A stretch of 64,000 bases of DNA from Elusimicrobiota bacterium (lineage in GTDB: Bacteria > Elusimicrobiota > Elusimicrobia > UBA1565). The DNA is taken from positions 1 through 64,000 of the forward strand of contig JBDRPD010000105.1 in NCBI GenBank assembly GCA_043827405.1. Direction: 5' to 3'. The position numbers and the translations under genes are program-made. Each line of letters starts with the position of its first letter. Within the stretch, counting starts at the first letter, position 1. Of this stretch, positions 1 through 9,196 are shown piece by piece. A model generated the notes under the pieces. That model worked only from the letters and a program-made list of their open reading frames with translations. It was not told the origin of the DNA and searched no databases.

Positions 1-261
1 GCCGCTGTACCAGGCCGAACCGCCGACGGCGTTGAAGCCGAGGGAGGCGCCCCGGCCGAAGCCGCTGAGCGGCCCGGTCGCGGGCGTCGGCGCGTCGTCG
101 TGCGGCTGCTTTCCGGGCGCGCGCGCCACGTAGACGCCGATGGTGCCGAGGCGTTCCTTGAGCTCGGCGTCCGTCAGCTTGGGATAGCGCTGGTGCGTCC
201 CGAGGCAGCCGGACAGCAGGACAAGCGCCAGACAGAGCAGGCAGGAGAGGGACTTTTTCAT
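1..261 (-). CDS. Hypothetical lipoprotein (3' end runs off the window)
   Basis: Own translation from ATG 261: MKKSLSCLLCLALVLLSGC-LGTHQRYPKL..., open to base 1; lipobox LSGC; TATAAT 7 nt upstream. Confidence 0.7.
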   Translation of the reverse strand, partial: MKKSLSCLLCLALVLLSGCLGTHQRYPKLTDAELKERLGTIGVYVARAPGKQPHDDAPTPATGPLSGFGRGASLGFNAVGGSAWYSG

Positions 262-275
262 TGCCGACATTATAA

Positions 276-308
276 CGACAAAGGGCTTCCTCGCGGAAGC
301 CCTTGTCG
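276..308 (-). terminator. Hairpin downstream of tRNA-Ala, probable terminator
   Basis: Minus strand CGACAAGGGCTTCC-GCGA-GGAAGCCCTTTGTCG; GNRA loop; starts 7 nt after the tRNA CCA. Confidence 0.6.
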
Positions 309-314
309 ATTAGA

Positions 315-390
315 TGGTGGACCCGAGGGGGATCGAACCCCTGACCTCCTGCATGCCATGCAGGCACTCTCCCAGCTGAGCTACGGGCCC
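315..390 (-). tRNA. tRNA-Ala (GGC)
   Basis: Reverse complement GGGCCCGTAGCTCAGCTGGGAGAGTGCCTGCATGGCATGCAGGAGGTCAGGGGTTCGATCCCCCTCGGGTCCACCA: 76 nt, GGC anticodon, G3:U70 pair, TTCGA loop, encoded CCA. Confidence 0.97.
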
Positions 391-441
391 TAACGTCGAG
401 ATTATATATTTTTTCCCCCTCTTTTATCGCGGCCGTTCATT

Positions 442-2661
442 TCAATTTTCCTCCAGGGCGCGCAGGTCCGCGTCGGTGCGGCGCAGGCGCCGCGCGATGG
501 CGCGCGCGAGGCGCGCGAAGACCATGACCCCAACTACGGGGTTGTCGCGGGAAGCCTCGTTGAACCGGGAGCGCGAGAGCACGTAGAGTTCGGTGGGCTT
601 CAGGGCCACGACTTCCGCCGAGCGCGTTTCGTAGTCGAGGAAAGACAGGTCGCCGAAGAAATCCCCGCGGCGGAAGGTGGCGAGATGCCGGGAGGGTCGG
701 CCCTTGATCGGGAGGAACACGCGCACGGTTCCGCTCCGGATAAGGTAGAGCTTGTCTTCGGACTCGTTCGTGTCGAAGACTTTCTCCCCGGCGGCCACTG
801 AGCGCTTTTCCGCGGCACGGGAGAGGGTGTCGATAGCGGCGCCCTCAATCTCCCGGAAAAGCTCGATCTCGGAGAGTTCGAGGGGGCGGGGCCGCTGCTC
901 TTTTATCTTGGGGCTATGGGACTCCTCGATTAGCCGGTCTTCCGTCCATTCGAGCGCCTCGTCGAGCGTGTCCATGATGCGTACGGATTTCGCGTCTTTG
1001 CTGAATTCCAGGTCGTCGAGATAACCCTGCATGCCTTTGCGGTCGGGGGTCTCCGGCGTCAAGCCGCTCAGGAGAAGCAGCCCGTCGGCCTCCCGGAGCC
1101 GGGCTCGGAGCAGGTCGAAAAGGTGGACGGCGGTGTAGTCTACCGAGGCTACGCGCCGCAAGTCTACTATCAGAAAGCGGCAGTCCTTTAAGTCCTCCTC
1201 GAGCTCGGACTGGAGCTGGTCGGTGGTCCCGAAGAAGAGGTTCCCCTGCAGTTCGCAGATCGCGGTCTGCTGGCCCGCTTTTTCCAGGAACTCACGCTCC
1301 CAGGATAGGCGCTTGGTTTTGGAGAAGACCTGGTTGCCGCGGAGCTTGCGCCGGATGACCGAGCCGTGCACCTGGTCGCGGATGAAGAGCGAAATGGCCA
1401 GCGCCACGCCGATCCCCGAGGCGGCGATGAGACCCACCGTCGCGGCGGTCACAACGACTGCAGCGATGACGCAGAAGTCGAGCCTGGTCGAGCCGTGGCG
1501 TGCCAGACGCAGGCTCTTCCAGTCGAACATGCGGAAGGCCACCACGATCAGGATGCCCGAGAGCGCCGCGATGGGGATCCAGGCGATGAGGCGGCCGAGC
1601 AGCAGAAAGGCCAACAGGGACATGACGCCCTCGATCATGCCCGAGAGGCGGGTCTTGCCCCCGCTGGTGACGTTGATGAGGGTCGGACCCATCGTGCCCG
1701 CTCCGGGCATGCCGCCCGCAAAGGCCGAAACGAGGTTCCCGAGCCCCTGGCCGATGATCTCACGGTTCGAGTCATGGCGCTCGCGGGTGAGGGCATCGAG
1801 GACCACTCCGGTCTTCAAGGTGTCTATGGAAAGGAGCACCGAGAGAGTCAGTGTGGCGACCAGTATGCGGCGCAGATCCACAAGACCGATCTTGAAGAGC
1901 GAGTCGAGGCGCTCACGCGCCAGCGAAAGGACCGAGTCCCCTCCCGAACCGATGGAGCCGATGACGAGCGGATTGCCCTCAAGATGCATGAGCTCGGGCC
2001 GTAGCAGGCCCAGCCCGAAGTAGACCAGTACCGCAGAGACCAGCGCAATTATGGGCGCGGGGACTTTCTTTGTAACGCGGTCGGCCAAAGACATCACCGC
2101 GATGGTCGCCAGTCCCACTACGATACCCGGCCACTGGAAGGACCCGGGGTCGTGGAGCGCCGCGCTCAAGCCGATCCCCTGCGGGAGTCCAAGGAGCTTC
2201 GGAATCTGCGCGATGAAGATAAGCACCGCTACGCCGCTTAAGTAGCCGCTCACGACGGGAAAAGGGATGAACTTGATCAATCTCCCGAGGCCGATGCTCC
2301 CGTAGACCGTCTGCAGGAGCGCCGAGAGGACGGCCGCCACCGTCATGAGGGCGATGGCTTTCTCGGGAGAAATCCCCGGTCCGCCCTCCGCCGCCCCCAA
2401 GACCAGACTCGCTGCCAATGCGGACATGACCGCGGCCGCCGGGGCGCAGGGGGCCGAGATGATGCCTCGCGCCGCGCCGAAGAGGGGCGCGATGATGCCC
2501 AAGGCCACCGCGCCCAGAAGGCCCGCAAGAGCGCCTTGGGCCGCGTACTCGGGCCCGAGTACCGAGTAGATGAGCACCCCGAAGGCGATCGCCGAGGGGA
2601 GCGCCACAAGCATTGCCGTAATCCCTCCCCAGAGATCGCCGCTTAGGTGCTTGGTGTTCAT
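442..2661 (-). CDS. SulP/SLC26 anion transporter with STAS and cyclic-nucleotide-binding domains
   Basis: True start MNTKHLSGDLWGG; motifs LPSAIAFG, GRLIKFIPFPVVSGY, NREIIGQGLGN; STAS LQGNLFFGT; cNMP domain GDFFGDLSFLD...RSAEVVA. Confidence 0.9.
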   Translation of the reverse strand: MNTKHLSGDLWGGITAMLVALPSAIAFGVLIYSVLGPEYAAQGALAGLLGAVALGIIAPLFGAARGIISAPCAPAAAVMSALAASLVLGAAEGGPGISPEKAIALMTVAAVLSALLQTVYGSIGLGRLIKFIPFPVVSGYLSGVAVLIFIAQIPKLLGLPQGIGLSAALHDPGSFQWPGIVVGLATIAVMSLADRVTKKVPAPIIALVSAVLVYFGLGLLRPELMHLEGNPLVIGSIGSGGDSVLSLARERLDSLFKIGLVDLRRILVATLTLSVLLSIDTLKTGVVLDALTRERHDSNREIIGQGLGNLVSAFAGGMPGAGTMGPTLINVTSGGKTRLSGMIEGVMSLLAFLLLGRLIAWIPIAALSGILIVVAFRMFDWKSLRLARHGSTRLDFCVIAAVVVTAATVGLIAASGIGVALAISLFIRDQVHGSVIRRKLRGNQVFSKTKRLSWEREFLEKAGQQTAICELQGNLFFGTTDQLQSELEEDLKDCRFLIVDLRRVASVDYTAVHLFDLLRARLREADGLLLLSGLTPETPDRKGMQGYLDDLEFSKDAKSVRIMDTLDEALEWTEDRLIEESHSPKIKEQRPRPLELSEIELFREIEGAAIDTLSRAAEKRSVAAGEKVFDTNESEDKLYLIRSGTVRVFLPIKGRPSRHLATFRRGDFFGDLSFLDYETRSAEVVALKPTELYVLSRSRFNEASRDNPVVGVMVFARLARAIARRLRRTDADLRALEEN

Positions 2662-2790
2662 GGCATGTGAATATAGCTGATAATGCGGCTTGGAGCCAAA
2701 TGCCGCCCCTTGTGCGCAGCGCTTCCGCTGATTTACCCCGCCGCCGTCTCCGGGGAGAACGTTGGGGCTCCTAATAGCGTATACTGCGTT

Positions 2791-3456
2791 ATGCCCATAC
2801 AACACGATTCTTTGCTGGATATCCAGACGGTGGACGCGGTTCTCCTGATCGACGCGGACAATGACCCGCATCTCCCCCCTGATTTTACGCTTGGCCCGCG
2901 GACCTTGGTGCGCGTCTTTCTGCGCACCGGAGCCAAGCCCCCCCGTGCGCTTGAGCGCCGGCTTGAGGGAATCCCCATGTGCGTTACGGTCGTTTCGCCG
3001 CAAGGCGGCGGCAATGCCGCCGATTTCGTGATGTCGCTGCATTCCGGTATCCTGCACGCGACGCTGCCGATGCACGTTCCCTTCACCCTCGTCACCGCCG
3101 ACGTCAGCCTCTCGGTTATGGCGCAGGAGCTGCAGCGGCTGGGTCGGCGTGCGGCGCTGTGGACCTCGCACGACAAAAAGCCGGTGAGCCGCCGCCCCGC
3201 CAAGCCGGCGAAGCCGCCGGCGAGGAGGCCCGCGACCAGGACCAAGCCGGCCGGCCGCACTTTGGCCCAGGCCGCGGCGGCCTATGCCGCGCGGATGAAG
3301 GCGGCTAAAACCCCGCCGACCCGGCTTACCGCGCTGCTCAACGACATCAAAAACCGGGCCGCCAAGGAGTTTACGCCGGAGCAGATTCTCGAGCAGCTCA
3401 AGCAGCGGCACGGTCTGCGGGTGGACGCCAACGGCCGGGTCAGCCGCAAGACTTAG
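2791..3456 (+). CDS. PIN/NYN-like domain protein with C-terminal winged-helix-like region
   Basis: LLIDADN...GNAADF...FTLVTAD...LQRLGR acidic motif pattern of the NYN/LabA-like PIN fold; ATG 2791 follows TATACT. Confidence 0.6.
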   Translation: MPIQHDSLLDIQTVDAVLLIDADNDPHLPPDFTLGPRTLVRVFLRTGAKPPRALERRLEGIPMCVTVVSPQGGGNAADFVMSLHSGILHATLPMHVPFTLVTADVSLSVMAQELQRLGRRAALWTSHDKKPVSRRPAKPAKPPARRPATRTKPAGRTLAQAAAAYAARMKAAKTPPTRLTALLNDIKNRAAKEFTPEQILEQLKQRHGLRVDANGRVSRKT

Positions 3457-5525
3457 GCGGGAACTTTCTCCAGCGCCGCGACCAGCTCCCCCGCCGTCTG
3501 GAAGCGCTTGGCGGGGTCGGGCTCCAGCGCCCGGTCCATTAGGATGTCGAGCTCCTTCGGCAGGCCGGCGACGAGGCGGCTCAGCGGCACATAGGCTTTC
3601 TGCAGCTTCATCGGATGGCAGGCCGCGCCTTGAAACGGCGTCTGCCCCGCCAGGAGCTCGTAGAGGCAGGCTGCCAGGGCGTAGACGTCGGACTGCGGCA
3701 CCACCTTGCCCTGCTCCTGCTCCGGCGCCATATAGCTCGGCGTCCCCGACACTTCCATGCGGCTGACGGTCGAGAGGGTGTCCTGCGCGCGGCGCGCGAT
3801 GCCGAAGTCCATAACCTTGGCGGTCCCGTTGGAGACCATGATATTGCCGGGCTTGAGGTCCTGGTGGATGACGCCTTGGGCATGCGCGTAGTCGAGGGCC
3901 GGCGCGATCTGCCGCAGGTAGGGCAGCGCTTCGCTCAGCGGCAGCCGTCCCTTTTTGGCCAGCAGGTCGTACATGGACTCGCCCGGCATATGCTCGAAGA
4001 CGAGGTACAGCCCTCCCCCCTCTTCCAGCACCGAGTAGATCTCGACGATATTGGCATGCTTGAGGCCGGCGACGGTGCGGGCCTCTTTGAGGAAGCGCTT
4101 GCGCTCGCGCGGGTTGCCGGCGATCTCTTCGCGCATCTTCTTGATCGCCACCTTGCGCTGCAGGGCGCGGTCCATGGCCGCGTAGACTTCCCCCATGCCC
4201 CCTTCGCCCAGCTTGCCGAGGATGTCGTAGCCGATCACGCTTTCCTCGGCGTCCGCGGGAGCCTGGGTGATCATGGTGTTGGAGCGCCGGAATAAAGCAA
4301 AGGCGAGAAACAGCAGGCATAGGGCGCCGGCGCCGCCGTAAATCCATAGGCGGCCGCTGCCGGAGCGCGGTTTTTGCGGCGGGTTCGCTCCGGCGTTCTT
4401 GTCCGCCAGCCCCTGGCGGAAGAGATCCTTGAAGGCCGGATCGAGGTAAGCCGCGCGCTGCAGGTCGGCGAGCTTCTCTTCGACCTGGCCGAGACGCTCC
4501 CAGATGAGCGCCCGGGTGGCATAGGCGTCGGCGTCGCGCCTGTTGAGCGCCAGGGCGGCGTCGAGGTCCTTTTTCGCTTCGGCGTAGCGCTGGGCGTCGA
4601 TCAGCGCCTGGGCGCGCACCTTGTATGACCAGCCGTCTTTGGGATTGCGCCGCAGGGCGGAGGTCGCGTCGTCGATCGCCCCCTGGTAGTTCTTCATTTT
4701 ATGCCGGGTCATGGCGCGGAAGCGGAAAGCCGCCCAGTTGTCCGGGTCGCTCTGTATGATGCGGGTGAAGCTCTGCTCGGCGCCGCGGTAGTCCTTCATC
4801 TGCAGCTTGGCCAGGCCGGGGGCGGTCAGGTCGTGCTTGCCCTGGACTTGGCCGAAGGTGCGGACGCTCTTGTTTTGGATGGCGCTTTCCATCCAGCCGC
4901 CGCGTTCAATCTGCTCCTTTTTGTCTTCAGCCTTCTCGGGCGGAGCCTGCTGCGCGCCGAGCTGTCTGGCGCGTTCTTTAAGCTCTTTGTCGCTGAACGG
5001 TGATTTGACGCGCGGCAGGACGAGCTTCTGCAGCGCCTTGAGGCCGTGATCGCCCGGCGCGATGCGCAGGCCGGCGTTGATCGCCTCCATGGCGCCTTCG
5101 GCGTCGCCCTGGTTGGAGAGGATCATGGCCTTGTACTTGTTCGCCGTGGGGCTGTCGGGATTGGTTTCCTGGATGCGGCGGATGGCCTCCAGGGCGCTGT
5201 CGGTGTCGCCGCCGTTGATGGCGTCTTCTATGGGATTGAACGTCCCTTGGCCCGGATCGGTAGGGTAGGTCGGCATCGGGAAAGGCTGGGGATGCTGAGG
5301 GTTTTCCTGCTCCGGCGGCTTGGGCGGCGGCTTTTCTTCCTCGTCGTCTTCACCCTGCCCATCGTCGGATGACCCTTGGCAGCCCGGCAGGGGATTGTCC
5401 TCATCGCAGACAGGCAGAATGCTAAAATCGCCGCCCATGTCGCCGGTCGGCTTGTTTGCGGCGTAAGAGGTCCACGCGGCGAAAAGAGGGGCGGCGGCGA
5501 GCAGCAGGATGAGGCGGTATCGCAT
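3453..5525 (-). CDS. Membrane Ser/Thr protein kinase with signal peptide and extracytoplasmic TPR repeats
   Basis: Signal peptide MRYRLILLLAAAPLFA; TPR repeats; TM LWIYGGAGALCLLFLAFALF; Hanks motifs LGEGGMGEVY, VAIK, HQDLKPGN, DFG, GTPSYMAPE. Confidence 0.9.
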   Translation of the reverse strand: MRYRLILLLAAAPLFAAWTSYAANKPTGDMGGDFSILPVCDEDNPLPGCQGSSDDGQGEDDEEEKPPPKPPEQENPQHPQPFPMPTYPTDPGQGTFNPIEDAINGGDTDSALEAIRRIQETNPDSPTANKYKAMILSNQGDAEGAMEAINAGLRIAPGDHGLKALQKLVLPRVKSPFSDKELKERARQLGAQQAPPEKAEDKKEQIERGGWMESAIQNKSVRTFGQVQGKHDLTAPGLAKLQMKDYRGAEQSFTRIIQSDPDNWAAFRFRAMTRHKMKNYQGAIDDATSALRRNPKDGWSYKVRAQALIDAQRYAEAKKDLDAALALNRRDADAYATRALIWERLGQVEEKLADLQRAAYLDPAFKDLFRQGLADKNAGANPPQKPRSGSGRLWIYGGAGALCLLFLAFALFRRSNTMITQAPADAEESVIGYDILGKLGEGGMGEVYAAMDRALQRKVAIKKMREEIAGNPRERKRFLKEARTVAGLKHANIVEIYSVLEEGGGLYLVFEHMPGESMYDLLAKKGRLPLSEALPYLRQIAPALDYAHAQGVIHQDLKPGNIMVSNGTAKVMDFGIARRAQDTLSTVSRMEVSGTPSYMAPEQEQGKVVPQSDVYALAACLYELLAGQTPFQGAACHPMKLQKAYVPLSRLVAGLPKELDILMDRALEPDPAKRFQTAGELVAALEKVPA

Positions 5526-5580
5526 ACCCACAGAGTAGATACCCTGGAGGGAAAAATCAAGGGTACTTGGGAGGTAAAAA

Positions 5581-7263
5581 TTATTTGATGCCGACGCAGG
5601 CCTCGACCACGTTGAAGGCGTGATCGCCCATCTTCTCGAAGCTGGTGAGCATGTCGGTGAAGACGACGCCGGGCAGCGGCTTGCACTTCTGCTTGACCAG
5701 GCGGTCGAGGTGCTTCTGCCGCAGCTTGTCGCGCAGCGCGTCGAGCGCCTGCTCGCGCTCCAGGGCCTTGGGCAGCGGGTCCTTTTCGCGATTGAGGATA
5801 AGAATTTTCGTGGCCTCGAGGATGCCTTGGGTCTTGTCCGCCATGGTCTGGATGTCCCTGAGCGCCGTGGCGTCGAACTTGTAGGAATCGTCTTCCTGCC
5901 GTTCCATCAGGATGGCGAGCTTTTCACCGTGGTCGCCGATGCGCTCCAGGTCGTTGATCATGCTGAGCAGGGACAAGACCTCCTTGTTCGCTTCGGTCGA
6001 AAGGTGGCCGTGGGTCAGGTTCGCCAGGAAGGCGTTGATCTCGTATTCGAGAAAGTCCGTCTTCCTTTCGTCGCGGCGGATGAGGTCGACGAGAACCTTC
6101 TTTTCGCGTCCCTGGACGGTCAGCGCCTTGCGGATATTGTTGATCATCCGCACCGTGATATGGGCCATGCGGTCGACTTCCTTTTGCGCCGCCGGTATTA
6201 CGAGCTCGGGCGTGCTGGTCAGCGGGGTGGAAAGGTAGGTGAGCTCATGCTCCTTCTTTTCCATCGATTCCGGCAGGAGCCAAAGGATTATCCGCTCAAG
6301 GTGATGGATCAGCGGCAGGAATATGATCGTATTGACGACGTTGAAGGCCGTGTGGAAAGCCGCGATATGCGTGGGCAGCGCCAGCAGCAGGGAGTTCTCA
6401 CTCTTGCCCCAGGGGTCGCCCGGAACGATGACGTCGATGAAACGCAGGAACGGTGTGAGTATGAGGAGCGGCCAGATCGATCCGAGCAGGTTGAACAAGA
6501 AATGGCCCAAGGCGGCCCGCCGGGCGATCAGCGGCGCGCCGATCGAGGCCAGGAGCGCGGTGACGGTGGTGCCGATATTCTGCCCGACGGCGATGGCGGC
6601 CGCGGTCGGAAAGTCGATATAGCCTTTGGCGGCGGCGGTGATGGTGATCGCCATAGAGGCGCTCGATGACTGCACGATGCCGGTGACCGCGGCGCCGAAG
6701 CCGATGGCGAAGAGCAGGCCGGAATAGGTGCTTGGGTCGAGACGATGCAGGAAGGAGATGACCTGAGGCGCGGTATGGACATCCGGGATAGTGTCCTTGA
6801 GCAGCGCCAGGCCGAGAAACAGCAGCCCGAAGCCGACCAGCGCTTCTCCCACCTTGTGCGGCCAGACCCAGCGTTTGATGAACTGCGAGAAGAAGCCCGC
6901 TCCGATGAGCGGCAGGGCGAAGTTGCTGATCTTGACCTTAAAGCCGAGCAGGCTGACGATCCAGGCGGTGGTGGTGGTGCCGATATTGGCGCCGAAGATT
7001 ACGCCGAGGCTTTGAAACAGCGTCAGCAGGCCGGCGCTGCAGAAGCCGACGACCATGACCGTGGTGGCGCTCGAGGACTGCACCGCGCAGGTGATGAGGA
7101 AGCCGGAGAAGGTGGCGCTGAAGCGGTTGCCGGTGGCCCAGGCCAGGATGCGCCTGAGCCTGGCGCCCGCCATTTTCTGCAGGCCCTCGCTCATGACCTT
7201 GAGGCCGTACAGGAATACGGCAAGGGCTCCGATGAGGTTGAGGGTGAGGATAAGCCCCGTCAT
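5581..7263 (-). CDS. Na+/phosphate cotransporter (NptA/YjbB family) with PhoU-like C-terminus, copy 1
   Basis: Two QSSS motifs, GANIGTT and GQNIGTT; PhoU-like DLERIGDH and FEKMGDH. Confidence 0.92.
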   Translation of the reverse strand: MTGLILTLNLIGALAVFLYGLKVMSEGLQKMAGARLRRILAWATGNRFSATFSGFLITCAVQSSSATTVMVVGFCSAGLLTLFQSLGVIFGANIGTTTTAWIVSLLGFKVKISNFALPLIGAGFFSQFIKRWVWPHKVGEALVGFGLLFLGLALLKDTIPDVHTAPQVISFLHRLDPSTYSGLLFAIGFGAAVTGIVQSSSASMAITITAAAKGYIDFPTAAAIAVGQNIGTTVTALLASIGAPLIARRAALGHFLFNLLGSIWPLLILTPFLRFIDVIVPGDPWGKSENSLLLALPTHIAAFHTAFNVVNTIIFLPLIHHLERIILWLLPESMEKKEHELTYLSTPLTSTPELVIPAAQKEVDRMAHITVRMINNIRKALTVQGREKKVLVDLIRRDERKTDFLEYEINAFLANLTHGHLSTEANKEVLSLLSMINDLERIGDHGEKLAILMERQEDDSYKFDATALRDIQTMADKTQGILEATKILILNREKDPLPKALEREQALDALRDKLRQKHLDRLVKQKCKPLPGVVFTDMLTSFEKMGDHAFNVVEACVGIK

Positions 7264-7321
7264 GGTGGTGGCCTAGTCTATATATTTATCCTCGGCCGAA
7301 TCCAGCGGAGCGCCCAGGCGT

Positions 7322-9004
7322 CTATTTGATGCCGGCGCAGGCCTCGACAACGTTGAAGGCGTGGTCTCCCATCTTCTCGAAGCTGGTCAGCATGTCGCTG
7401 AAGACGACGCCGGGCAGCGGCTTGCACTTCTGCTTGACCATGCGCTCGACGTTGGCCTGCCGCAGCTCGTCGCGCAGCGCGTCGAGCGCGCGCTCCTTTT
7501 CCAGCGCCGCGGGGACCGGGTCCTCTTTACGCTCGAGGATCAGCGCCCGGGTGTCGTTGAGGATCCGGCGGGTATGCTCGGCCATCCTCTTGAGGTCCCG
7601 CATCGCCTGGCCGTTGATCTTGTAGGAGGAGTCCTCCTGCCGCTCGAGGAGGATCGCCAGCTTCTCGCCGTGATCGCCGATGCGCTCGAGGTCGTTGATC
7701 ATGCTGAGCAAAGACAGCGCCTCTTTGTTGGCCGCCGTCGAGAGCTTGCTGTGGGTCAGGTTCGCCAAGTAGGAGTTTATTTCGTACTCGAGGAAGTCCG
7801 TCTTCTTCTCGTCGCGGCGGACCAGGTCGAGCAGCACCCGCTTCTCACGGCCTTCGACGTCCATGGCCTTGCGGACGTTGTCGAGCATCCGCACGGTGAT
7901 GTCGGCCATGCGGCCGACCTCCTTCTGCGCCGCCGGGATGACGAGCTCGGGCGTGCCGGCCAGGGGCGTGGAGAGAAACAGCAGCTCGTGCTCCTTCTTC
8001 TCCAGCCGGTCCGGCAGCAGGCGCAGGATCAGCCGCTCCAGCGGGCCGATGAGGCATAGCATGATTCCGGTGTTGATGACGTTGAACAGGGTATGGAAGG
8101 CCGAGAGGTGGGTCGGGATGCCGATCAGGAGCGAGGCCTCGCTCGTGCCCCAGGGATCGCCGGGGACGATGCCGTCGACCAGGCGCAGGAAGGGCATAAA
8201 GAGCAGAACCGCCCACACGACGCCGAAGATGTTGAACAGGAAGTGGCCGACGGCCGAGCGCTTGGCGTTGAGCGTCGCGCCGATGGCGGCGAGGTTGGCG
8301 GTGATGGTGGTGCCGATGTTCTCGCCCAGGACGAGCGCCGCCGCCGTCGGATAGTCGATGAGGCCCTTGGCGGCGGCGGTCAGCGTCACCGCCATCATGG
8401 CGCTCGAGGACTGGAAGATCATGGTCAGGGCGGCGCCCGCGCCGACCGCCAGCAGCCGGGTGCCGATGCCGCCGCCGCTCAGGCGTCCGATCAGGTTCAT
8501 GATCTCGGGCGCGCTCTTGACGTCGGGGATGGCGGCCTTCAGCAGGTGCAGGCCGAGAAACAGCAGGCCGAAGCCGACCATGATCTCGCCGACCTTGTGC
8601 GGCCAGCGCCAGCGCTTGATGAACTGGGAGAAGAAGCCGAGGCCGATCATCGGCAGGGCGAACTTGGTGATCTTGATCTTGAAGCCGAGCAGGCTGACTA
8701 GCCAGGCGGTGGTGGTGGTGCCGATGTTGGCGCCGAAGATCACGCCGAGGCTCTGCGCGAGGGTCAGCAAGCCGGCACTGACGAAGCCGACGACCATGAC
8801 CGTCGTGGCGCTCGAAGACTGTACGACGCAGGTCACCAGGAATCCCGACAGGGTGGAGCTGAAGCGGTTGCTGGTGGCTTTCGCCAGGATGCCGCGCAGC
8901 TTCGAGCCGGCCGCCTTCTGCAGCGCCTCGCTCATGAACTTTAAGCCGAACAGGAAGACGCCGAGGGCGCCGAGGAGATCGAGGGCAAGCGAGAGTGTGT
9001 CCAT
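7322..9004 (-). CDS. Na+/phosphate cotransporter (NptA/YjbB family), copy 2
   Basis: Same motifs as copy 1; ATG 9004 preferred over TTG 9010. Confidence 0.92.
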   Translation of the reverse strand: MDTLSLALDLLGALGVFLFGLKFMSEALQKAAGSKLRGILAKATSNRFSSTLSGFLVTCVVQSSSATTVMVVGFVSAGLLTLAQSLGVIFGANIGTTTTAWLVSLLGFKIKITKFALPMIGLGFFSQFIKRWRWPHKVGEIMVGFGLLFLGLHLLKAAIPDVKSAPEIMNLIGRLSGGGIGTRLLAVGAGAALTMIFQSSSAMMAVTLTAAAKGLIDYPTAAALVLGENIGTTITANLAAIGATLNAKRSAVGHFLFNIFGVVWAVLLFMPFLRLVDGIVPGDPWGTSEASLLIGIPTHLSAFHTLFNVINTGIMLCLIGPLERLILRLLPDRLEKKEHELLFLSTPLAGTPELVIPAAQKEVGRMADITVRMLDNVRKAMDVEGREKRVLLDLVRRDEKKTDFLEYEINSYLANLTHSKLSTAANKEALSLLSMINDLERIGDHGEKLAILLERQEDSSYKINGQAMRDLKRMAEHTRRILNDTRALILERKEDPVPAALEKERALDALRDELRQANVERMVKQKCKPLPGVVFSDMLTSFEKMGDHAFNVVEACAGIK

Positions 9005-9011
9005 GTCCAAT

Positions 9012-9055
9012 ATTCTGCTCCGGCAGGCTGCTAGAGGCCTGCTAAATATTTGCCA
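9012..9055 (-). promoter_or_regulatory. Candidate Pho box plus -10 element for the Na/Pi cotransporter
   Basis: TGGCAA/TAGCAG/TAGCAG at exact 11-bp period, then 10 nt, CAGAAT, 7 nt, ATG. Confidence 0.55.
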
Positions 9056-9196
9056 GAAGTAAGGTTAGGCTCAGCATCGCCGCAAGGGAGATTACGACGG
9101 TCGCCGCTGCGCCTTTAATCAGTTCTATCATGCTTACAGAATACTTGAGCCGCGGTCGGATAGCCATGATGACGGGGTAAACCTTATGTTTGGACT

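Noticed and set aside
315..390. tRNA-Ala as an island attachment site
   Set aside because: No integrase and no duplicated tRNA 3' end seen in the window
100..393. 97-aa plus-strand ORF
   Set aside because: Antisense to tRNA-Ala and to the lipoprotein gene
442..4347. 1301-aa ORF as one giant fusion
   Set aside because: The first 562 codons are off-frame or antisense overlap with the kinase and PIN genes; SulP homology starts at 2661
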